64,000 nucleotides of DNA from NCBI RefSeq assembly GCF_964213995.1, contig NC_135825.1, positions 18,352,001-18,416,000 of the forward strand, read 5' to 3'. Every line of letters starts with the position of its first letter. Positions within the stretch are counted from its first letter, which is position 1. A program made the position numbers and the translations under genes. Of this stretch, positions 1-11,800 are shown one piece after another. Below the pieces are notes generated by a model that had not been told where the DNA came from, did not search any database, and saw nothing but the letters and a program-made list of their open reading frames with translations. This DNA comes from Mustelus asterias. Lineage: Eukaryota.

Positions 1-502
1 ATCTCACTCTGACTGGCCTAGAACAAAACAGTTTCTTAAACACAAAGAGGGTTAGTTTGCTCATCACATGATGTCTGCTCACAAACTGACCAGGAATCCA
101 ACATGGTCATATGAAACTAGTTTCAAAACATTTAAATTATAAAATGGTGGTATAAAAGTGGAGTACCTTCCTCAATCAGGATTCACTGTTCAACATAAAT
201 GATTCAATGGTTTGACCCACACTCAGCTGAATCTATAGGTTATATCTGGATGTGTTGTGAATGCATCATTCATCTATGTTAATGGGCTACCTCTAGTCAA
301 CCCAGGTCCTTACTGATGGCTTTGTAATTTGTAAGGTACAGCTATGTGAATGCTTGGCCATCTCAGGTGCTGCAGTTTAAGTCACTTTTCAAATGCTTTT
401 GTTCAGCCAATTGAAACTTATATACTGGGTTCAGCCCCTCAATGATATAAAGCATGCATTTAAAGCAATATCAAAGGTAATAAAATGGTAAAATAGGCTT
501 AC

Positions 503-527
503 CTGTTCCAAGTAGAAGCTTTGCCAT
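503..527 (-). CDS. chia: Chitinase gene A, coding exon 1 (MAKLLLGT); rest of gene lies left of the window
   Basis: 25-nt exon identical to gene B exon 1, followed by GTAAG donor; flanks homologous to genes B and C. Confidence 0.85.
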
Positions 528-860
528 CTTGCAGCTGGTGTGTTGTGGGCATCAACTCTCTCTTTTATACACTGAGTTTATCATTAGTGCTCAATAATTC
601 CAAACATCATTTACCTTATCACTGGGAAAGGGTCAGTCAATGGAAAAATAACAGTTCTTATCTTATCTTCATAACATTATTTATACATAAGGCACTACTT
701 ATATCTTTTACAATGTAATCTAGATTGTCGACCTTCATTGTAATGCCAAACCTGTTCTTGAACTAGAAACAGGCCAGGAAATTGGCGGGAAGAGTTGAGT
801 GGCCCATGTTCTTTGACGTGAGATCAGGAAGAACAGGAATGCTCAAGGCTTCAGATCTAA
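528..860 (-). promoter_or_regulatory. Gene A 5'UTR and proximal promoter: TATAAAA 569-563, GATA motifs 578-583, 616-621, 658-668
   Basis: TATA and first GATA motif at the same positions upstream of all three start codons. Confidence 0.7.
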
Positions 861-1914
861 GTTGGACATGCAGTGAGAAACATGGGAACATCAGTCAGAG
901 TTGTCAGAGGCCTCGAACAAGGTGACATAAGTAATGGAAGAGTCTATCTTTTTGCTTTCTAATGTCATGGTTCCGGCATGTGAATACATCAAAGTTTCCA
1001 CGGAGAGGATCATGGATGCCATGGAGAACCATGTCCAGCAGAACACGCGGTTTTTACCAGGAATGCTCTCGGGAATGCAGTATATCCCTGCAGCCATGGC
1101 CGTGTTCCAGCAGCAACTAGGTGAGAAGGGAACAGGCCATCTCGATCTCCCATAATGTGCTGCTTCTCCGCAAGGAGTCAGGGAGGGGCCCTCAGGCACC
1201 CAAAGGGAGGAAGAGTATCAGTTGGACACCCCAGGTCATCCCACTCAGGATATTTCAAGACTGTTCTGACTTTCCTAAACCCCTCTGGTCTGTGACCAGA
1301 TCAACTTCAGCTGCTCAGGGCAAGAATGTATCACCTACCCATGAAGAGGAGTTCCAAAGCTCCTGTTAGGCTGAGACCTAAAGAAGATGGCACCAAAGTC
1401 ATCATGAACAAGATGGCAGAGTCAGCAGGCAACCTCCACCTCTGCTGAGTGTGTTGGCGATGCATCTAAATTTAGCGGTTGAATTAGAAAGATTAAGAAG
1501 TTCTGAATTCACACTGGTGGGGCTAGTATATAATCACTGTTTATCATTTGAACATTTGTCAATATATATTACCTTGCCCTTTCTGTATGTTTTCTCGATT
1601 CATTCATGTAAGCACCAACCCTTCCAGGTTCATAGAAGACCAAGGATGGGTATCCCATCCCTCACTTCTCTGCGGTGTCACTGCTCTTTGATAAATGTGT
1701 GAAAAACTTCCCTCTATCACTATTCCGCTTACCTCCACTTCTCTCAATGCCGTTTACATGAATCTTTGCCTTGTCCTAATGGAAAGACAAACTACATGAG
1801 TATTTGTTGGGGATGGCCATGAACCCAGGAGGATGGAAATTTGAAGTTGCGAGTTGGCAGTCATTCACCTGCCTCTTGTGGAATCCGCTTTTCTCTCTTC
1901 CCTCATCCTTCATT

Positions 1915-2200
1915 CGGGGCCAGTCATTTAAAATTGAGGTGTGTAGAAATTTCTTCTTGTGGTGAGTGGTAAATCTCTGGAATTCTCTGCCCCAAAGGGG
2001 AGCGGAGGCTGGATCAATAGAAGTATTTAAATGGAGGTGGATAAATATTTGATAGATCGAGGAATAGAGGATGATGGAAAAATGGCGCAGAAAAGGAGTT
2101 GAGACTAGCATAGATCAGCCATGATCATATTGAATGGCAGGGCAGGCTTGAAGGGCCTGGTGACCTACACCTGCTGCTAGTTCTTGTGTGCTTGTGTTAT
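1915..2200 (+). mobile_element. Degraded CR1 3' fragment
   Basis: VVNLWNSLP-like remnant and CR1 3'UTR. Confidence 0.65.
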
Positions 2201-2310
2201 TGTGTTCTCTGACTGCAGCCCAGGACTTATGGTTCAGAATGAAGTGGCAGCTCAATAACTTCCTGGGATCTCATTGCTTTGAGAACCCTCTGGGCCAGTC
2301 TAATGGGTTC

Positions 2311-2640
2311 CTCATAGAATCATAGAATCCTACAGTTTAGAAGGAGGCCGTTCAACACATCGAGTCTGCATGGACCACAATCCCACCCAGGACCTATTCC
2401 CATAACCCCACACATTTACACTAGATAGTCCCCCTGATACTAAGGGGCAATTTAGCATGGCCAATCCACCTAACCCACACATCTTTGGACTGTGGGAGGA
2501 AACCGAAACACCCGGACAAAACCCATGCAGACACGGGGAGAATGTACAAACTCCACACAAACAGTCACCCAAGCCGGGAATCGAACCTGGGTCCCTGGCG
2601 CTGTGAGGCAGCAGTGCTAACTGTGTCACCATGCCACCTC
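2311..2640 (-). mobile_element. HE1-type tRNA-derived V-SINE
   Basis: GTTAGCACTGCTGCCTCACAG head, GGTTCGATTCC B-box, (ATTCTATG)n tail. Confidence 0.9.
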
Positions 2641-4309
2641 CTATACTATTAGGATTTCAAATGACCACAGCAATCATAGTTCCCGTTATTATTCGGCTGT
2701 TCCTTTAGTGTCCAGTTGTGCTGACCTTGAACTTCACCCATGTTAGTGGACCCTCCTCCAGCCACATATTGTTGCTCTTAGACATTGAGGGTGTTGTCTT
2801 GCTCCTGAGCTGCCTTTGTGAGAAGATGGTACATGCCACTTGTACATACCCACACCAGTATCTTTCATCCTCCCCCCTTCACTCACCAAAATCCCCCCAT
2901 CACCAACAACCACCACTGAACAATGTCACTTTTGAACTTCCCTCTGCAATCTTTCAGCCTCCTCCCATTGCCCTGGATACTGTAACTACAACCCTGCATA
3001 TGCCTTCTCTCGCTACAGAGCCAATACCTGTCCCCATTCCCATGCCACGTTGAATTTGTCCACTTCCCTTATCTGTTCAACATTTAGCCTCCCACCAGAT
3101 CTTCCACCCCCGTCCACCATGATTCCAAACACTGGCAGGACCACAAAATGTTGCCCATAATTCTCAAGCAGCAGCCCGACTACAGTTAACTCTATAGTCC
3201 ATGAATTTTGACAGGGTAAGGATGATGGGTCATCCGCCAATCCAGCTGATCTTTGTCAATATTACAGTGCCACAGTGAATGAACAATGGATGTGTGCTGA
3301 AAATCTTTGATAAAAATTGCAATTGGCCTTAAATAATCGAATGGTGATAAATACATTTGCTTGCAACATAAGTGTGCAAAATGAAAATGTATTTGCTGAT
3401 CTGCTGGTCTGCCATTATGTTCAAAAGGAATGCATTTTTTGTCTTAATAATCAGTTATGTTTTAATGTCATTAAACTAATCATTGTGATAATTACTTGTT
3501 CATGAAAAAACTGGTTGTATGATTAATAAATAATCAGCAGGGAACCACACAGCAGTGCACAATGTCAGTCACATGACTATCTGTCAGATGTACTACAGCA
3601 ACTCATCAAGCCTTATTCAACAGCACCCTATGAACCCAAGACCTCTACCAGCTAGAAAAACAAGGGCAGCAGATGCACAGGGAAATTACCATCTGCAGGT
3701 TTCTCACCAACTCATACAGCATCATCACATAGAACCAAATCACCGTTCCTTCACAATCACTGGGTCAAAATCCTGAAACTTCCTCCCTAATAGCACCTCC
3801 ATAACATAGACTGCAGCGATTCAAGAAGACTGCTCATCACCACCTTCTCAAACGCAGTTTAGAATGGCCAATCGCACCCACATCCAGAAAAAATAATTTT
3901 TTAAAAATCCCACAGGGAAGTGGGAAGCTAATTGAAATGGCGTTTTCACATCAGAAATGAACTGCCACTGAAAATTTCTCTCCATCCCCATCTGTCTCAC
4001 TGACAATTAATTAATCCGCTATATAAATTCTGAATTTAATTTCCCCTTAGGCAAAAATGTTGGTGGGATGCAGGATACATAAATTCAGTTGGTTTTACTT
4101 TCCTTCCTGTGTTAGACACAGGAATGCTTTCCCTGTGATGTGCTGGAATGAGTGTAGATATCGGAGAGCTGTGCCTTGAGTTTGTGTCAAAGTTTCAAAT
4201 GTCTGTTTCTGCCTTAAACTGTTATGGTGGAAATGAGTTCATGCTGGTGAAATTCTTTCAACCGATATTGTTGTATTTCATTCATTAAAAACAAAACACC
4301 ATAAACTGT

Positions 4310-4484
4310 TTTCTTAATGAATCAATGATTTTATTTTGTGGTTTAAACAATTCACTCAATCTTCAGTTGAGACAAAGTAGATGTGGTACATTGATGGTCT
4401 TCATCCACAAAGTAGCGTCACTTCAGTAATTAAACTAAAGACCAGTTACAGCTTCACTGGTGCCCAATGAAGATTGATGGCAGG
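4310..4484 (-). other. Predicted non-coding terminal exon of gene B with AATAAA at 4335-4330
   Basis: Pyrimidine tract plus CAG acceptor at 4486-4485, AATAAA, downstream GT-rich tract; all conserved in gene C. The 3' end is approximate. Confidence 0.6.
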
Positions 4485-4660
4485 CTGGAAAAATAGAATG
4501 TTTTAATGTTCTCTTCTTCAACAATAATGTTTCAATATCACATCAATAGCATAAAGACAATTTTTACATTAGGTCTATTTTTTTATTTATAATTCTTTTC
4601 TTGTTTCCTCGCCTTTCTTCTTCCTCAACAGTACATCTTCACCTAACAGAACTGACCAGG

Positions 4661-4684
4661 AACACACACACACACACACAAAAC

Positions 4685-4717
<33 letters not shown>

Positions 4718-5015
4718 CAACACACANNNNNNNNNNNNNNNNNNNNNNNNNNNNNNNNNNNNNNNNNNNNNNNNNNNNNNNNNNNNNNNNNNNNNNNNNN
4801 NNNNNNNNNNNNNNNNNNNNNNNNNNNNNNNNNNNNNNNNNNNNNNNNNNNNNNNNNNNNNNNNNNNNNNNNNNNNNNNNNNAACACACACACACAAAAC
4901 AACACACACATACACACACAAAACAACACGCACATACACACACAAAACAACACACATACACACACACACAAAACAACACACACACACACACACAAAACAA
5001 CACACACACACACAC
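4661..5015. repeat. Compound (CA)n/CAAAA microsatellite containing an N gap (4727-4882)
   Basis: Direct reading. Confidence 0.95.
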
Positions 5016-5591
5016 ATCCCAACCAGGTTCTGGAACATATATGAAAAATCAGCTTGGGCTGAAATGAAGCCCAGTAACCTTGTTTTGTGAGAATGCCGTT
5101 GCAGATGTTTATGATGTCAGAGCATTGCCACAGGGACTGCAACAGTCCAAGATGGCAGCTAATCAAGGGTAATTAAGGACGGGCAAAGCCAGTCATGACA
5201 GCAACATTCAAATCCCAATGAACCAATAAAAATCCCCCCAAAGCAGGAACACACCATCCATTTTGACCCAATTGACACTCGAAAAACGAACCTACATTCA
5301 TTTGACAAGCACATTGTCAGGATTTGATTATTCTTTAATTGCTCAAGGAATGTGACTTTGCTGGCTAGACCAAGAATTATTGCCCACCTCTAACTGCTCT
5401 TGTTTAAATTGTACATCCAGTCAACCACATTTTGTTAAATTTTACCCAAACATTCTGAAATCCTGATGCATTACTTTAGGACTTAAGGCAATTTTGGTAT
5501 TTTAAACAACCTCAACATTGTTCTTTTTCACAAGATATTTGCTTTGAACTGTTGTATAGGTTATTAAGCAAGCTTACCTTCTACTTTCTCA

Positions 5592-5881
5592 TTATGCCCA
5601 GTTGCAACAGTCACAGGAAGGATCAAAGACTAATCCAGGAGCACAACTATTCTCATAGGTCCTTCCATTGACACATTGATAAAACTTGTTCTTGTCTTTG
5701 GGATCAACGTAGGTACCATTAGCTCTGCCAGCGCAGAACCCACTTCCGCCACTGCTGCCACCACCACTTCCACCACCACCACCACTACTACTGCCACCAC
5801 CGCCACCACTCCCTCCACTACTACTAGGAACCGGAGTAGGAGAAACAGCTGGTGCCAGTGTTGTTTTGGATGGAACACAAG
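5592..5881 (-). CDS. chia: Gene B exon 11 (linker and CBM14)
   Basis: [10 protein letters not shown], Gly/Ser tract, FCAGRANGTY...SCDCCNWA-stop. Confidence 0.94.
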
Positions 5882-8800
5882 CTAGAAGGAAATAAAATTC
5901 ACTAATTCATTCCTTACTTCAAAATTAGTAGCAAACAAAGATGAACATTGCAAAGTCATGGGTTGTTGCTGCTTAGAAAATCTCAGGTATAACTCAATTG
6001 CTTACAGTATCAGGAACATACATCTTGCAAATTCAGCCCAATAAAGGCTACTGACAAATTGTTATTACATATCCAATTCTGTCTGCAGTCTGTTTGTTGG
6101 AGTGCAAGTTTTGACATGTGATTTAATTATAGTTTCATCTTAAAGTCAAGTTACACAAAATAGGGTGGCACAGTGGTTAGCACTGCTGTCTCACAGCTCC
6201 AAGAACCTGGGTTCGATTCCCGGATTGGGTCACTGTCTCTTTGGCATTTGCACATTCTCCCCGTGTCTGCGTGGGTTTCCTCCGGGTGCTCCGGTTCCCT
6301 CCCACAGTCCAAAGATGTGCGGATTAGGTTGATTGTAGGTTAGAGGGATTAGTGGGTTAAATGTGTCGGGTAGTGGGGGTAAGGCTGAGGTGGAATTGTG
6401 CTCGGTGCAGACTCGATGGGCCGAATGGCCTTCTTCTGCATTGTAGGGTTTCTGTGATTCTATGAAAATGTGTGGCAGATATTATTGAACCCCATCTGTT
6501 AATAACTTAATGAATAACAATACATTTCCCTTTTAAGTGACACAATAATATAAAACACAACTTCAATTTATTCAACTATCAACGTGCACTGGATGCAGCA
6601 GCCAGTGCAGATTCATGACTTACCCTGTTATTACTTTTATTAAGAAGCATTATATAAAATATTAATTTATAAAATCCTCAGCTGGACATTCACATGTATT
6701 AACCTTTTTTGGAAAGGACATTTTTCCTCAGCAAAGGACACTGGCTTACAACAACTACCATGTTGCATTTGTGAGAGACACAAGTTGCTTTTTATGGAGA
6801 CCAGGAGATCTTAGAATGAGATCACATAATCCAGTTCTGGTGAAATGATACTGGATGTTGAAGAGTCAAAGATAGACTTCGTCAGGGCCAAGACATGCCC
6901 CAATTCTCTTTCTTCTGAAAACTCTCTCATCAAAGCTGAGCTGTTGGTGATTTGAAAAACCCACCAAAAGAACTTATTGCTGCAAATCTAGAGTAGTCCA
7001 AGTAGAATTCCAAATGAAAACACAGTCTTCATGGGAATAACATGAAGGACCATCAGCTAATGTGGACCAGGCCTCTTCAGCTACAAACAAGCATATGGTC
7101 GCATATGGTGATTTTCTTTTCAGTGACTCTACCTGTTACTTGGTCAAGATTTTAAAAGCTGATATTCAGAAGAGATTTATTTCTTTATGTCTGCTTGTTG
7201 GGTGGGGAGCAGATTGCTGGACTGTGTGTGTTATATATTGCTTGGACTGCTGAGGAATGATTCCTGACCTATTGCCATGTACAAATAATAACTGCTTACA
7301 GATGTGCATATCTGGGTCTTTCTTTGCTGATATTAGCAACATTCTCATGCTTTGGGGCAGCACGGTGGCACAGTGGTTAGCACTGCTGCCTCACAGTGCT
7401 AGGGGCCCAGTTTCAATTCCCAGCTTGGGTCACTGTTTGTGTGGAGTTTGCACATTCTCCCCATGTCTGTGTGGGTTTCCTCCGGGTGCTCCGGTTTCCT
7501 CCCACAGTCCAAATTGTGTGCGTTAGGTGGATTGGCCATGCTATATTGTCCCTTAGTGTCAGGGAACTAGCTAGGGTAAATGAATGGGGTTATGGGGATA
7601 GGGCCTGGGTGGGATTGTGGTCGGTGCAAACTCGATGGGCTGAATGGCCTCCTTCTGCACTGTAGGATTCTACGATTCTATGATTCACTCTTGGTCATTG
7701 AACCCTTGCATCATCATTATGGACAGTGTTCTTTACACTGTTCCACACATTAGACCTAACCACATTTATACTACAGAATGTGTGTTGTTTATGCATTAGT
7801 GAGCTTTTGGACATATTTGCTCATTTTAAATCTTTTGAATAATTTTGGCATCTTTACCCGAGTGAGTTTTAGCAATAAGGCCAACTCTCTATTGTTAACT
7901 TGAGCCTAGCTAGCTTATGATATGCACCAAGCTATAAACAGTTAAATATATATTAAATTACCTCCATTTTAAATTCAAAAATTGTTACGACCAACTCAGG
8001 AATGAGACAGAAAGAGGAACCAGTTCACCGTGACAACACATAAACATGTTTCAGTATTTTACTGTGTGTCTATCGTGTTTTAGGAATTTTATGCTTGTAG
8101 ATGCTTAACAATATTTTACTACTTGGATTTTTTATTTCATAGGATGTGGGCACCAATAAAGGATAGAGTATTCATTGCCCATCCCTGAGGATATTTAAGT
8201 ATCAGCCACATTGCTGTGGGAGTCACATGTAGGCCAGACCAGGTAAGGACGACAGATTTCCTTCACTAAATGGCATGAGTGAACAAGATGGGTTTTTATG
8301 ACAATCGACAACGGTTTCACGGTTGTCATTAGACTTTTAATTCTGGGTTTTATTTTAGTTGAATTCAAATTTCACCATCTGCCATGGTGGGATTCAAATC
8401 TGGGTCCCTGTGTCTCTGGATTACTAGTCAAATGACAATACCACTATGCCACTGTCTCCTCATAATTTCCATGGATCTAATAATGTTGAAATTGTAAAAC
8501 ATTTAGGTACTCTAAATAATTGCTCAGTTATATTAGTTACTAGTCACTGTCAATGGCTTTGTAGCAGAAACAAATAATCTGCTCCAAAAAAATAAAGAAC
8601 TCTGATATTTACTTGAAATTCCAAGCCCAGTGTTCAGCGCATTAACGAGAGGATATGGCCCTTGGTTGCAGAAAGTACCAGAGAAATCATCCATAGCGAG
8701 AGTCCACACCATGGCTCCTCCAAAGTTGTTCTTTTTTAGCCACTCAGCCTGAAAGACATTGTTCACAACTTTAATTCACAAATCCTTGTTTGCAAGTAAT

Positions 8801-11800
8801 TTTTAACCCAAATAGAACTTATTCTCCTCCCCTTGTTTTTCCTCATATATATTAATAACCTCGACCTTGGTGTACTGGGCACAATCTCAAATTTTGCGGA
8901 TGGCAAAACTTGAAAGCATTGTGATCTGTAAGGAGATAGTGCAGGACTTCAAAAGGCCATTGGCAAATTGGGGGAATGGGCACAGAGGTGGCAGGTGAGG
9001 TTCAATGCAGAGAAGTGTAATTTGTTTTAACAAGAAGAACATGGGGAGACAATCTAAACTAAAGGGTCCAACTTTAATAAGGGTGCAAAAGCAACAGACC
9101 CTGTTGTGCATAAGTCATTGAATTCGACAAGACAGGTTGAGAAAGTAGCCAATAAAGGATAGAGTAGCCCAGATTTCATAAATATGGGCATGTGGCACAA
9201 GGGCAAAGAGGTTATGTTTAACTTTTATAAGTCACTAGTTGAGGGACTGGTCCTTAACACATACAATATTGCAGGCTTTAGTAATAGGGGTATAGAGCAC
9301 AAGAGAAAGAAGATTACTCTGTACTCTCATAAGTCACTAGTTCGGCCTTAGATGGAGTATTGCATCCAGTTCTTGTTGCGGCACTTCAGGAAGGACATGA
9401 GTCATGAGAGGGTGCAGAAATGATTCATAAGGATGGTTCCAGGAATGAGGAAGTTTAGATATAATGACTATGAACATATATGGGAGGAAGTGAAACTATT
9501 TTCCCAATTTCCCAAAGATTGCCATTACTTGATACATGTGTTCAAAATCATGAAGGGTCTGGATAGAGGGGTCTAGGCAGTGGGGGCTGGATGTAGAGAA
9601 ACTTCCCACTCAGAAAAAGGATCAAGAATGAGGAGGCAAAGATTTGAAGTGATTATTAAAGGAACCGAAAGTGATGTGAGGAAAAACATTTTCACACAAC
9701 GAGTGATTTGGCTGTGGAATGCACTGCGTGGTGGAGACAGGTCGAATTGGAGCATTCAAAAAACTGTTATCTGTAAAGGAAGAATGTGCAGGGCTACAGG
9801 GAAAAGGTAGGGGATTGCCACTAGGTGAATTGTTCATTCAGAGAGCCGGTATAGCCAAAATGGGCCAAATAGCCTCCTCTGTGATTCTGTAAAGATTTCC
9901 CACATAATTGAATATAGAAAGTAGCTTCTAAAATTGTGTAAATGCCCAAAGGTCCTCCACCACCTTAGCATGAAAATTGTTTCATTTGCCTTTTGTCATA
10001 GATCAGGAGGATACGAAAATATTTACTGTAATGTCAATTAAAACAGATATTCCAAATATCATTGATATCGCTGTATTAGTATCTGGGAAGTGAGTCACTT
10101 CAGAAAACATCTCTATTTCTGTGATTGACAATATCTTGGCTACAAAGAGGTGCGTTGATAGAAATATGAACTTTTCCCAAAATTCTTGCATAAGGAAATA
10201 AATTAGAAGTAAAAATAGTGGTTAAAATACATCAAACAAGATGGGCGGGATTTTATGGCCTCGCTTGTCTCAAAACCATAAAATCCCACCCAAGGTCAAC
10301 AGACTTTCCCATGCTCCGCCCCTAGCCTGCTCTGATCCCCGTGGCGGGCGGGCCAGTAAAATTCCAGCCATCAATACCTCATCCATGATGCATGCTTCAC
10401 TAATGGTGCAATGGAAAATTTTCGGATTGGAGGCAGGTTGCTAGCGGAGTGCCACAGGGATCTGTGCTTGGTCCTCTGCTCTTTGTGATTTTTATTAATG
10501 ACTTAGAGGATGGGGCTGAAGGGTGGATCAGTAAATTTGCTGATGACACCAAGATTGGTGGAGTAGTGGATGAGGTGGAGGGCTGTTGTAGGCTGCAAAG
10601 AGACATAGATAGGGTGCAAAGCTGGGCTGAAAAATGGCAAATGGACTTTAACCCTGATAAATGTGAGGTGATTCATTTTGGTAGGACTAATTTAAATGTG
10701 GATTACAGGGTCAAAGGTAGGATTCTGAAGACTGTGGAGGAACGGAGAGATCTTGGGGTCCATATCCACAGATCTCTAAAGGTTGCCACTCAAGTGGATA
10801 GAGCTGTGAAGAAGGCCTATAGTGTGTTAGCTTTTATTAACAGGGGGTTGGAGTTTAAGAACCGTGGGGTTATGCTGCAACTGTACAGGACCTTGGGGAG
10901 ACCACATTTGGAATATTTTGTGCAGTTCTGGTCACCTCACTATAAGAAGGATGTGGAAGCGCTGGAAAGAGTGCAGAGGAGATTTACCAGGATGCTGCCT
11001 GGTTTGGAGGGTAGGTCTTATGAGGAAAGGTTGAGGGATCTAGGGCTGTTCTCTCTGGAGCTGAGGAGACTGAGGGGAGACTTAATAGAGGTTTATAAAA
11101 TGATGAAGGGGATAGATAGAGTGAACGTTCAAAGACTATTTCCTTGGGTGGATGGAGCTATTACAAGGGGGCATAACTATAGGGTTCGTGGTGGGAGATA
11201 TAGGAAGGATATCAGAGGTAGGTTCTTTACGCAGAGAGTGGTTGGGGTGTGGAATGGACTGCCTGCAGTGATAGTGGAGTCAGACACTTTAGGAACATTT
11301 AAGCGGTTATTGGATAGGCACATGGAGCACACCAGGATGATAGGGAGTGGGATAGCTTGATCTTGGTTTCAGATAAAGCTCGGCACAACATCGTGGGCCG
11401 AAGGGCCTGTTCTGTGCTGTACTGTTCTACGTTCTATGTTCTATAGCTAGTCCAGTTCTATGTTCTATGTTCCTGTTATTCAATTGATGGATATACCAAG
11501 ATTCTAATGCTGACTGCAACCATCTAGCTGTGTATCACAACAAATATTGCAGCAAACCACCAAATAAAAAGTATAGAATATCACTTCATCAAAGATACCT
11601 TGTCTGCAAAGCTTTTCACATTGTCATATCCAACCCATGTATTTCCTTTATAACCATATGGAACCACCTGTGGAGCATTCCATGCTGAAGAACCACTTTT
11701 TAAAAGTGAGCAGATCTGTAAGAAGAATGAGACATTAGCTTTCATAAAATCAGTGGCCACAAAGGATCAATGGTTTGCAACATTCCCAAGGTAGACTGAC

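Noticed and set aside
2330-2632. Recurrent [12 protein letters not shown] ORFs as a peptide family
   Set aside because: Chance frames of the SINE consensus
4587-5166. Cys/Val and His/Thr-rich ORFs
   Set aside because: Translations of a microsatellite and N gap
5676-5885. Plus-strand Thr-rich mucin-like ORF with a signal-like start
   Set aside because: Antisense shadow of the Gly/Ser codons in gene B exon 11
7353-7430. tRNA genes
   Set aside because: A-box and B-box motifs belong to SINE heads that continue into SINE body and tail
10449-11360. Reverse transcriptase ORFs as host genes or a novel RT system
   Set aside because: 5'-truncated CR1 ORF2 pieces with typical tails and no endonuclease domain
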